From a virus (lineage: Duplodnaviria > Caudoviricetes), in the IMG/VR virus record IMGVR_UViG_3300032328_001489, positions 1-26,079 of that record: 26,079 nt of DNA, one strand, 5' to 3'. Of the stretch, positions 7,978 through 16,031 are shown piece after piece. The stretch's first letter is position 1. Each line of letters opens with the position of its first letter. The position numbers were made by a program, and so were the translations under genes. The notes under the pieces were generated by a model, which saw only the letters and a program-made list of their open reading frames with translations, did not search any database and was not told the origin of the DNA.

Positions 7978-10089
7978 ATGAAGAAATTTTTAACTTTAGG
8001 ACTTTTATTAATGTCCTTAACATCATTTAGTCAAATTAAATTTAAGTTTCCTGACACAAGAGTTCTTACCGATATTAATGGTGGAGTTATTGATAGAGGA
8101 GACCAATTCGACGTTATGGTTCACGCGAACGGTAATGGAGATGCAACCACAAGACAATTAATGTTTGACTTTCAGTACGACCAAACAAATTTTGAGGTAA
8201 TCTCAATTAACCACACCGGTACGGGTGGAAATGGTGGAGTACTTCCTGCAGGTTCAAATGTACAATTATCATGGCAGAATTATCCTAATTATACTTACGC
8301 AGGAAATAGTACTTTTACAAACGGAACACAAAGATATGTTTCTAATGCATCTTACACTTATAACCCTAACGGAGGGTCGAGTGCAATTCTTAGAGCTACT
8401 TTGACTTGGGCAACAAATTCGGCAATGCCCTACAACAGTTATTCACAAATAATAATTGTAAGATTTAGATTAAAGGCAGGTTCTACATCAAATTCATTTA
8501 ATCCCATTAAATTAAACTTTGTTGCGGGATGGAATGGTCAAGGAGTTGGTGTTGCAACTACAATGGATACACCATTATCAACTGAGGTTATAATGAATCA
8601 AAACACTGGTAAACTTGTAACAGCTAAAGTTGATATAAGTTCTAATTTACTTGCATTATCAGATGTCAAAGTTTCCTTCAGAGATACTCTTAGTGGTATC
8701 GGACAATTGTTTAGTGTTTTATCTAATGGTAATGTTGATATTAATCAATCATTGTTAGCAGAAAACAAAGTTTATGAAGTGTCTGTTATGCATAGTTTAG
8801 ATAAAACATATGCAATATACAACGGAGCAATTACAATATCAGACTTCACCACAGCACAAAGTGAATTTACATCAATGGGTTTAGATGGTAGTAATGGTCA
8901 AATATTAAAAACAGGTCAATCATTATATGCTGCAGACATCAACAGGAATAAAATTATAGATGGTGGTGATTTACCAAGACTATTAGGACAAGTTGTTGGA
9001 ATAGATACACTTGTAACTATTCCAACAGGATATGCTATGGGTAGTAATGGATTTATGAGTTTACCTACTTGGAGAGCAGTAGATGCAACAAGTATAGGGG
9101 GTCAGGTTGAATGGTGTATTGTTAATGTTGATGGATACGGTTCGGGACAAGCAAAAGTTTACATTGATATGAGAGAATTTAACGGAACGAATACATTACC
9201 TGAAGATATTAAAAGTTTACAACTATTTGATTTGTATTCAGGTCCTGTTGAATTTGTTAGTAAAGACGCATCATGGGCTTTCTACAAAGTACCATCAAGT
9301 TTTACAACAATATCAACTTCAACATTTGCTCCTTACATTAGAACTATGGGTAATAATGATTTTGGTATTAGAGCAGAATTTACATTCAATACAAGTCCTT
9401 CTACTTCATGGGGTTCAATAACATCTTCTAATTGGAAGAACATAACATACCCTAAAACATATGTTAAGACAGGAGTATCAGGAACAAACGAAATTGTTGA
9501 TTTGAAATACCTTTTGTGGGCTGATGTAAATCGTTCACACTCGTCACAAGTTGTTACTAGTTCAAATGGTACTAGCACTGTTCAAACAAATGCTGTTAAT
9601 AGCTTAATGACTAATACCGCATTTATGAGTATGTCAACACAGGCATCATCATTTATTAATACACCGAATGATGTTTCATCAATCGATGTTAATCTATTTA
9701 ATATAACAGTAACATCAAATAATGTTGAAATACCTGTATCACTTAATACTAATGGTATTTCAGTTGGAGGATTACAATTTGAATTTCAATACGACCCATC
9801 AAAAATTAAATTTGAGGAGTTGAAGTCAGAGGTTCCTAACTCTTGGTATGTTTTTGTTAATTCAAAAGACGGAAAAGTTAAATTCGGTGCTATTGACCAA
9901 AATAACAAACCAATAAACGGAACTAATATACCGTTCAAGTTGAAATTCTCAACAGTGGGAAGTGGGGTTGACATTTTAACCTCAGTTAAAGTTTCTCCAA
10001 CTATGGATGCGAGTGATTCCAAAGGAGTTCAATTAGGAATTAATTTAAATTCAACACAAATAAAATTAACAGGATATAAAAACTTTTAG
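7978..10089 (+). CDS. secreted cohesin/dockerin-domain protein (703 aa)
   Basis: Signal peptide MKKFLTLGLLLMSLTSFS-Q; cohesin-like ends (GDQFDVMV..FDFQYDQ; VEIPVSL..GGLQFEFQYDPSKIKF); dockerin-like Ca loop AADINRNKIIDGGDL. Confidence 0.7.
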   Translation: MKKFLTLGLLLMSLTSFSQIKFKFPDTRVLTDINGGVIDRGDQFDVMVHANGNGDATTRQLMFDFQYDQTNFEVISINHTGTGGNGGVLPAGSNVQLSWQNYPNYTYAGNSTFTNGTQRYVSNASYTYNPNGGSSAILRATLTWATNSAMPYNSYSQIIIVRFRLKAGSTSNSFNPIKLNFVAGWNGQGVGVATTMDTPLSTEVIMNQNTGKLVTAKVDISSNLLALSDVKVSFRDTLSGIGQLFSVLSNGNVDINQSLLAENKVYEVSVMHSLDKTYAIYNGAITISDFTTAQSEFTSMGLDGSNGQILKTGQSLYAADINRNKIIDGGDLPRLLGQVVGIDTLVTIPTGYAMGSNGFMSLPTWRAVDATSIGGQVEWCIVNVDGYGSGQAKVYIDMREFNGTNTLPEDIKSLQLFDLYSGPVEFVSKDASWAFYKVPSSFTTISTSTFAPYIRTMGNNDFGIRAEFTFNTSPSTSWGSITSSNWKNITYPKTYVKTGVSGTNEIVDLKYLLWADVNRSHSSQVVTSSNGTSTVQTNAVNSLMTNTAFMSMSTQASSFINTPNDVSSIDVNLFNITVTSNNVEIPVSLNTNGISVGGLQFEFQYDPSKIKFEELKSEVPNSWYVFVNSKDGKVKFGAIDQNNKPINGTNIPFKLKFSTVGSGVDILTSVKVSPTMDASDSKGVQLGINLNSTQIKLTGYKNF

Positions 10090-10091
10090 TT

Positions 10092-10463
10092 ATGAAAAGA
10101 ATAGATAAAATTTTAGGTTTAGGTTTTTTAGTTACCCTTTTGGCGATTAGTTGTAGAAAGGTGGACTTACCACAACCACAAATTATTGATTTAGGAAATC
10201 AATCAACATCAACAGCAATTAAATCAATTGCTCAAACAGGGAATATTGTAACCGCTGAGTTCGAAACAACAGTGGGTGCAAAATATTCAGTACAAATAAT
10301 ACCTTTTGGGAGCGAAATACCATTGAAAAAAGAAGGGTTTACCGCAACTGAAGGTATTACAAAAAAAGTGTACGATTTATCAGGGTTATCAAAAAAAGAC
10401 TATGACTTAGTGTTCATAGACATCAGCGGTAAGGAAGTAAAATATCCAATCGTAATAAAATAA
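10092..10463 (+). CDS. lipoprotein whose mature part resembles a T9SS C-terminal sorting domain
   Basis: Lipobox LAIS-C; C-terminal YSVQI...YDLSGLSKKDYDLVF...KYPIVIK pattern. Confidence 0.55.
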   Translation: MKRIDKILGLGFLVTLLAISCRKVDLPQPQIIDLGNQSTSTAIKSIAQTGNIVTAEFETTVGAKYSVQIIPFGSEIPLKKEGFTATEGITKKVYDLSGLSKKDYDLVFIDISGKEVKYPIVIK

Positions 10464-10480
10464 AAATAAAAATAAAAAAC

Positions 10481-10801
10481 ATGTCAGAAGAAGTAGAAAA
10501 ATCAGAAAGTACCGGTGGTTCATTAAAGAATATAATCATCGGTTTCATCTCAACTATCACTTTAGGTGTTGGGGGATGGATAACAACTAAATTAACAGGC
10601 GGTGAGGAAGAAAAACCTGCAACTCAACAAGCAGCACCGGTAATCAACATTACAAATTCTAATCAACAAGCTGCAGGTAAGACTGTAATTGTTAACGGAG
10701 GTGGTGGAAATGGTGATAAATCATCAAATCCAGCACCAGCACCTAAACCTAAACCTAAAAAAGACGGTGACGAATTTAAAGAGGAAGCACCTAAATGGTA
10801 A
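10481..10801 (+). CDS. single-TM protein with Pro/Lys-rich tail
   Basis: TM IIIGFISTITLGVGGWI; PAPAPKPKPKK. Confidence 0.75.
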   Translation: MSEEVEKSESTGGSLKNIIIGFISTITLGVGGWITTKLTGGEEEKPATQQAAPVINITNSNQQAAGKTVIVNGGGGNGDKSSNPAPAPKPKPKKDGDEFKEEAPKW

Positions 10802-10805
10802 TTTT

Positions 10806-11348
10806 ATGAGTAGTAATCAACAACAAACAGGATTTAAAGATTTATTATTTTCGGTAATGCAAAGAAGATGGTTTATTACTGCCATCGTATTATTCACCTT
10901 TTTTGGTACAATCCTTACAATCTTTATGGCAATTTTGGGTAAGACACAAATGTCAGGTGAATGGAAAGAACTGTTACTTTTATTGTTGGGAGCATTCATC
11001 GGAAGTTATGGTAAAATCATAGACTACTGGTTTAGTGACCAAGATAAAGACAAAATGTTAGTTCAAAAAATGGACGAAGAAGATGGAACTTCATTATCAG
11101 ACACAGGAGCGGGTGGACCTAAAACTCCGTTACCAAGTATCATAGTTAGTCCCATAGAAAATACCACAGATAAAGGAGTCGAAATAGACGAAGATGGAGA
11201 TGGTGTGATGGATGGAATCGATAACGATGGTGATGGTACTATCGATGAATATTTCGACCATAGAAACTGTCAACATGTTTGGGGTGACCAAGATGGTGAC
11301 GGTGATGAAGAGTGTTTAATTTGCGGTAAAATAAAAGACGTAGAATAA
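10806..11348 (+). CDS. two-TM membrane protein with DxDxDG Ca-binding repeats and C-terminal Cys/His motif
   Basis: Start re-assigned to ATG 10806; DEDGDG, DNDGDG, DQDGDG; CQH...CLIC. Confidence 0.75.
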   Translation: MSSNQQQTGFKDLLFSVMQRRWFITAIVLFTFFGTILTIFMAILGKTQMSGEWKELLLLLLGAFIGSYGKIIDYWFSDQDKDKMLVQKMDEEDGTSLSDTGAGGPKTPLPSIIVSPIENTTDKGVEIDEDGDGVMDGIDNDGDGTIDEYFDHRNCQHVWGDQDGDGDEECLICGKIKDVE

Positions 11349-11359
11349 AATTAAAAATT

Positions 11360-11590
11360 ATGAAAACAATAAGTTTAAACAAATTGAATGAAATTATAAT
11401 ATTAGGTTTTCTTAAGTTATGTATACTTTGGGTAGTATCTGCACTTTCCTTCCAAATATTTTGTATGTATTTGGAATTTTCAGGACAAGAACAAAGACAA
11501 CGTGACATAATTAACAAAATAGATTGGAAATTTGATGGAACATTCAAAAATAATCCTGATAATATTTGGTACAAATCACCTAAAAAATAA
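11360..11590 (+). CDS. small membrane protein
   Basis: 76 aa with one long hydrophobic segment; inside the operon. Confidence 0.65.
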   Translation: MKTISLNKLNEIIILGFLKLCILWVVSALSFQIFCMYLEFSGQEQRQRDIINKIDWKFDGTFKNNPDNIWYKSPKK

Positions 11591-11594
11591 TTTT

Positions 11595-11708
11595 ATGGCA
11601 AAGACTCAAGAAATAGTGAAATTCATACTAACAGTAGGAATTGTTGCATTTGGATTAGTTATCCTTTCATTCGGATTTAGAGTGATATTAACTCCATTTT
11701 TAAATTAA
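11595..11708 (+). CDS. 37-aa single-TM peptide (not in ORF track)
   Basis: MAKTQEIVKFILTVGIVAFGLVILSFGFRVILTPFLN*; fills the gap between 11590 and 11715. Confidence 0.65.
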   Translation: MAKTQEIVKFILTVGIVAFGLVILSFGFRVILTPFLN

Positions 11709-11714
11709 ATTAAA

Positions 11715-12434
11715 ATGAAAAAATTATTATTTTTCTCGGCAGTATTATTGTTGAGTAAGGGAGCTTTTTCCCAAACTATAGGTAAAACCAAAACGGAAGA
11801 TTACAAAGCTTCGTTTGAAACAAAAAGCGATATCTCACAATTTTTGGAATATGACGGACCAAAAAAGAATATTCAACTTTTAAAATGCGGTATCAATGAT
11901 GAGATGTACGAAATGTATCCTGAACTAAAAGAAAAAAGAGTTGGTTTGGGTGTTACAAATATTGTATTAGAATATCTTGATAATTTAAATCGTTTTGAAT
12001 TTACAGAAGACAAAACAGAAATAAAAAACAGAATGGTTAAACAATTCCAAGCTTCTCAAGCAGGAATTTCTGAAAACAAATTGGATGGTAGAGGTAAGAT
12101 TAAATTAGCTCATTACTTTGTTGAGATTGAATGTTATGACTACTCTGTTTCTGAAGATGAAACCATTAATTTAAAAGACGGTGTAAAAAATATGTTGGTA
12201 ACACGTATTGGTTTACAAGTTAGATTTACAAATGCGGAAAACGGTACAATAATAGCGGCATCTGGATTAGGAGAAGCAAAGACGACAAGAGAATTAACTT
12301 TCTTATCTGATGCAACTGTTGACCCAGTTAAATTCAACCAATCTACAATTAGCATTTCAACCAAAAAAGCTTTGGATATTGCATGTGCTAACATTTTAGG
12401 TAAAATGGTTAAAAAAGGAATATTCATTAAATAA
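11715..12434 (+). CDS. CsgG/HfaB-family outer-membrane assembly/transport protein
   Basis: Signal peptide ..GAFS-Q; GLGVTNIVLEYL..LNRF, AHYFV, IGLQVRFTNAENGTII..SG.G pattern of the CsgG fold. Confidence 0.75.
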   Translation: MKKLLFFSAVLLLSKGAFSQTIGKTKTEDYKASFETKSDISQFLEYDGPKKNIQLLKCGINDEMYEMYPELKEKRVGLGVTNIVLEYLDNLNRFEFTEDKTEIKNRMVKQFQASQAGISENKLDGRGKIKLAHYFVEIECYDYSVSEDETINLKDGVKNMLVTRIGLQVRFTNAENGTIIAASGLGEAKTTRELTFLSDATVDPVKFNQSTISISTKKALDIACANILGKMVKKGIFIK

Positions 12435-13744
12435 TGAAAAAATGGATTGGTGTATATTTGTTTTTACTTTTTTTTCTGAAAGGTTCAGGACAAGTTGTAA
12501 CGCAAACATACATTGACCCATGTGATTTAAAGACTTATGTAGTGTCAATACCCATCACTAATAATAGTGGTGTTACAGTTATCATTAGAGGTAAATCCAA
12601 AGTTTTTACTTACGCACAATTTACAAGTGGTGAGGTTGACCAATGGATAAAAACTATATTTGCAGCTCCATGTCCATCAAGTTTAGTAGTTCAACAAACA
12701 GTAACAGCTGCGGTATCTCAGGCGGCATCTGCGGCAGCAAGTTCGGCAGCTTCTTCAGCGGCATCCGCGGCAGCATCCTCCGCCGCAAGTTCAGGTGCAT
12801 CTGGAGCTGCATCATCTTCGGCGTCCAATGCAGCATCATCGTCAGCGTCCAGTTCATCTTCCTCTCAATCATCCTCATCATCTGGGGAGTCCTCATCATC
12901 GGGAGGAAGTTCAGAAAGTAGTTCATCTTCAGAAAGTAGTTCATCCTCAGAAAGTAGTTCAGAATCAAAATCTGAAAGTAAAAGTGATGAAAAGAAATCT
13001 GACGAAAAAAAAGAAGAAAAAAAGAACGATAAAAAAGAAGAAAAGAAAAAGGCTGTTGCTGCAAACCCAATGTTAGTCGCTTCTGACCTAACAACAGCTC
13101 AAGGACCCGACCTGAGATATAACGCGATAGTATCTTTTGGTGTAAGTAAATCGTCAATGGCTGGGAACGAGAGCTGGGGTGCAACAGCACTAATATGGAG
13201 CTCATTAAGACAATTTGCTTTGAGTGGTGGATATACCAAAATGGATTTTAATAAGGGTCAACTTAATGCAATCCACTCATACTCCGTAACAGGGGCATAT
13301 TTGGAAGGAAATTATATGAGTCTTGTTGGTTACACCTATATCAAACCACACCCTAAATTCGGTACCTACGGGTATAATTTAGGAGCCATAACTTTATTGT
13401 TAAAAGATACTAAAATAATAAACAGTAAAACGGGAGAAACAAAAGAAATATTCAATACGTCTTTCTCAACATCAGTGGTTTCGTTTTGGACGAAACCATA
13501 TCCTTATAATAAAAAGATTACCTTATCCCCACAGGTATTCTTAATGAATTCACCGATAAGTTGGAATTCTAAAACAGGAGAAACAACGGTTGATAGACAA
13601 TTTGGATTTTTGGTTGGGTCGTCATTTGACTATAAAATAAGTAAGAGATTTGGGTTTAGTTTCAACTACAAACTCGCAGGTTCAACTCTGAAGGGAGCAC
13701 CATTACTTAGTAATTTCTTGATAGGTTCAAGAGTAATACTTTAA
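12434..13744 (+). CDS. exported protein with Ala/Ser-rich and charged linker and C-terminal beta-barrel-like domain
   Basis: Signal peptide ..GSG-Q; Cys pair in N-domain; about 100-aa A/S then E/K linker; amphipathic strands ending NFLIGSRVIL. Confidence 0.7.
   Translation: MKKWIGVYLFLLFFLKGSGQVVTQTYIDPCDLKTYVVSIPITNNSGVTVIIRGKSKVFTYAQFTSGEVDQWIKTIFAAPCPSSLVVQQTVTAAVSQAASAAASSAASSAASAAASSAASSGASGAASSSASNAASSSASSSSSSQSSSSSGESSSSGGSSESSSSSESSSSSESSSESKSESKSDEKKSDEKKEEKKNDKKEEKKKAVAANPMLVASDLTTAQGPDLRYNAIVSFGVSKSSMAGNESWGATALIWSSLRQFALSGGYTKMDFNKGQLNAIHSYSVTGAYLEGNYMSLVGYTYIKPHPKFGTYGYNLGAITLLLKDTKIINSKTGETKEIFNTSFSTSVVSFWTKPYPYNKKITLSPQVFLMNSPISWNSKTGETTVDRQFGFLVGSSFDYKISKRFGFSFNYKLAGSTLKGAPLLSNFLIGSRVIL
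12911..12961 (+). repeat. 18-bp in-frame tandem repeat (SESSSS) x~3
   Basis: tcagaaagtagttcatc(t/c) at 12911 and 12929, partial copy at 12947. Confidence 0.85.
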
Positions 13745-13748
13745 CACT

Positions 13749-14378
13749 ATGAAAAAGATATTAGACATTAGACATTTTATAATTTTGGGTTTGATAATAA
13801 CATTATTGGTATTACTAAAATCAGACAACAAACCAAGAATAAAAGAAATAATCAAAGAAGTTCCGTCGGAACCAATTCACGATACAATATCTGTAGAAGT
13901 AGAAGTTCCGTATGAGGTGAAAGGAGATGATATCTATCACGATACAACAATATATGTCCCAACATATGTACAAGTTGATACGGCAGCAATTTTACAAAGT
14001 TTTTATTTTACCAACTCATTTATCGACACACTAAAATTGAATAATAATCAAGGGTTTGTATATTTGAATCAAACAGTTTCTGAGAATAAAATTGCATCAA
14101 GAAATTGGTCAGCAACTGTTAAGCCTAAAATAGTAAGAGAACCAGCACCTGAACCACCACCAATCAAAAACCAAGTATTCTTGGGTATTAACGGTGCAAT
14201 AAGTAGAGAAGATTGGGTGAACTCATTGGGAATGGGAGTTATACTTAAAACAAAAAAAGACCACCTATATCAAGTCGGAGCGGGTGTTGCAAATAGAACT
14301 GTAGATGGAGTATCAGGTGAATTTAGACCTTTCCTTAGTGGTGGGGTTTATTGGAATATTAAAGTTAAAAAAGATTAG
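13749..14378 (+). CDS. N-terminally membrane-anchored protein with HDT/DT repeats and C-terminal beta-strands (spanin-like candidate)
   Basis: TM FIILGLIITLLVLL; IHDTI, YHDTT, VDTA, IDTL; Pro linker; ends GGVYWNIKVKKD. Confidence 0.55.
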   Translation: MKKILDIRHFIILGLIITLLVLLKSDNKPRIKEIIKEVPSEPIHDTISVEVEVPYEVKGDDIYHDTTIYVPTYVQVDTAAILQSFYFTNSFIDTLKLNNNQGFVYLNQTVSENKIASRNWSATVKPKIVREPAPEPPPIKNQVFLGINGAISREDWVNSLGMGVILKTKKDHLYQVGAGVANRTVDGVSGEFRPFLSGGVYWNIKVKKD

Positions 14379-14401
14379 AGTATTTATATTAAAATACCTT
14401 T

Positions 14402-14914
14402 ATGGGTTTGCGTGATTTAATTAAAGAAACATTAGGGCAACAGTTAAACAAATCTTTAACATTAAAAGAAGATGTCAAAATTTCGAATGCATTACAATAT
14501 CACATTGATAATGGAATGACCCTAACTGAAAACTCATTTATGTTTTATTCAGAAGGTTATTTTAATTTGGTTAATGAAGTTAGAGATTTGTGGAAAGAAG
14601 GTAAAATTGAACTTAATGAAGACGATATCCTAATGGTTGAATCTGATTTAGGTGTTAAAGTCAAGATTGGTAAGGAATATGTTTATTTAGACGCACCTTA
14701 TATCTATGAAACTTCAGGAAAACTTAAGAAATTTGCGGTTTATACTAAGAGTAAAACAGAAGGAATTAAGAAGATAACTTTTGGAAACTCTAATTCAATA
14801 TTGAAGGAAAGTCGCAACTGTTCTCGAAAAACGGATAGAACAACTGCGGAATATTGGTCTTGTAACATTGGAAGATACTCTAAACAATTGGGGTTATCAT
14901 CTTCAAATGGATAG
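14402..14914 (+). CDS. hypothetical phage protein (late-type promoter)
   Basis: TATTTAT at 14381-14387; KKFAVY..KKITFG..C...YWSC C-terminal motif. Confidence 0.8.
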   Translation: MGLRDLIKETLGQQLNKSLTLKEDVKISNALQYHIDNGMTLTENSFMFYSEGYFNLVNEVRDLWKEGKIELNEDDILMVESDLGVKVKIGKEYVYLDAPYIYETSGKLKKFAVYTKSKTEGIKKITFGNSNSILKESRNCSRKTDRTTAEYWSCNIGRYSKQLGLSSSNG

Positions 14915-14918
14915 TTCC

Positions 14919-14975
14919 ATGCCAAACAAATTGTTAAATGCCGAACAAATTTGAATTTTGAAATTTGTTTGGCAT
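14919..14975. repeat. 14-bp element, two direct copies plus one inverted copy
   Basis: atgccaaacaaatt (14919), atgccgaacaaatt (14938), aatttgtttggcat (14962). Confidence 0.8.
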
Positions 14976-15003
14976 AAAGTAATAAAGGTGTTAAAAAATT
15001 AAA

Positions 15004-15210
15004 TTGTTGAAATCGAAGAGTGTAAGTTATAAAGATATAGGATATTATAAGTATAAATCTTCAGTTCCACTAATTGCTGATTGTGTACGAGAATATCCTA
15101 TTACAGAATTTATTTTGGAAAAAATTAAGAAAAAAGAATTGGTCTGGGAATTTGAAATGGAAGAACAAAAACCAAAATTATACAACGGAAAATTAATTGT
15201 TCTAATATAA
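15004..15210 (+). CDS. hypothetical protein
   Basis: 68-aa TTG-start ORF filling the gap; start uncertain. Confidence 0.45.
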   Translation: MLKSKSVSYKDIGYYKYKSSVPLIADCVREYPITEFILEKIKKKELVWEFEMEEQKPKLYNGKLIVLI

Positions 15211-15972
15211 ATTATCTAAGTCAAATTTCTTTACGAAGGCTGGAAACGCCTCTTCATATGATTTTTCTGATTCATCACTAATTTTGTTAGTAAACTGCCA
15301 GTTCCAATAAAAAGTATCGTTAGGTTTAAAACCGTAGAATGTATGAACTCTTTTTTGAGTATCAACAACATCCATACCTTTCCAGTTTTGTCCAGTACAA
15401 ATAAATCCACTTTGAATACCTTCAATAATATTTGACTCACCTAAGGTATAGTGTCTGTTCTCAATCCAAGTTAATCTTTCAATTAATTTTTGATAAAACA
15501 TACTTGCTTGACCCCACCTTACCGAGGTAAAAAATATAACGGCATTAGATTCAAATAACTCTTTTGATATTTTCCAAAGTTCATCATCTTTTTCGTTCAG
15601 ACTTGCCCAACATCTATGGTATCCTGTAGGATTCTTATCTTTGTCTTTAAGTTTGGCTTTCATTACTCCACAAGAGTTACCGTCTTTTCTTGAAACATTA
15701 CCCTCGCAAGGTGCAATTTTCAATTCAGGGACATCAATCAAAACTGATTTGTCATTTAGATATTCGTTAATGACCATTCCAAGAATTGTCGACTTGGGAA
15801 TATCAACATCATTTGGGTCCCAATTATATCTGTTGGAGCATGTTAATAGTAATACCTTATCCAACTTTTGAAGTTCAGATATTGTCTTTTCAAGTTTTTT
15901 CAAATTACCTGTGGAGTTGTTCTTTTCGGTAACGTTGTACTTATCAAATATTTCTTGTAATCTACTATCCAT
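15202..15972 (-). CDS. flavodoxin-fold NAD(P)H-dependent FMN reductase / iron-sulfur-flavoprotein-like protein
   Basis: VLLLTCSNR; IAPCEGNVS..C..HRCWAS; DDELWKI..ESNAVIFFTSVRWG..S..QKLIERL. Confidence 0.75.
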   Translation of the reverse strand: MDSRLQEIFDKYNVTEKNNSTGNLKKLEKTISELQKLDKVLLLTCSNRYNWDPNDVDIPKSTILGMVINEYLNDKSVLIDVPELKIAPCEGNVSRKDGNSCGVMKAKLKDKDKNPTGYHRCWASLNEKDDELWKISKELFESNAVIFFTSVRWGQASMFYQKLIERLTWIENRHYTLGESNIIEGIQSGFICTGQNWKGMDVVDTQKRVHTFYGFKPNDTFYWNWQFTNKISDESEKSYEEAFPAFVKKFDLDNLY

Positions 15973-16000
15973 TCAATATAAATACTTTATAAATCATAAT

Positions 16001-16026
16001 AAAAAACCCACCATTGAGGTGGGTTT
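16001..16026 (-). terminator. intrinsic terminator
   Basis: aaacccacc-attga-ggtgggttt stem with U-tract on the minus strand. Confidence 0.85.
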
Positions 16027-16031
16027 ATATT

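Noticed and set aside
8971-8979. Short ttaccaag(a) matches to sRNA 1 (also near 11130 and 20559)
   Set aside because: Only 8-9 nt and not at transcribed start regions.
12643-13205. Three overlapping alternative-frame ORFs (12643, 12654, 12795)
   Set aside because: Shadows of the stop-poor Ala/Ser-rich linker of 12434..13744.
13301-13320. Partial match ttggaaggaaattatatgag to the sRNA 2 linker
   Set aside because: Gapped, mid-CDS and plausible by chance in AT-rich DNA.
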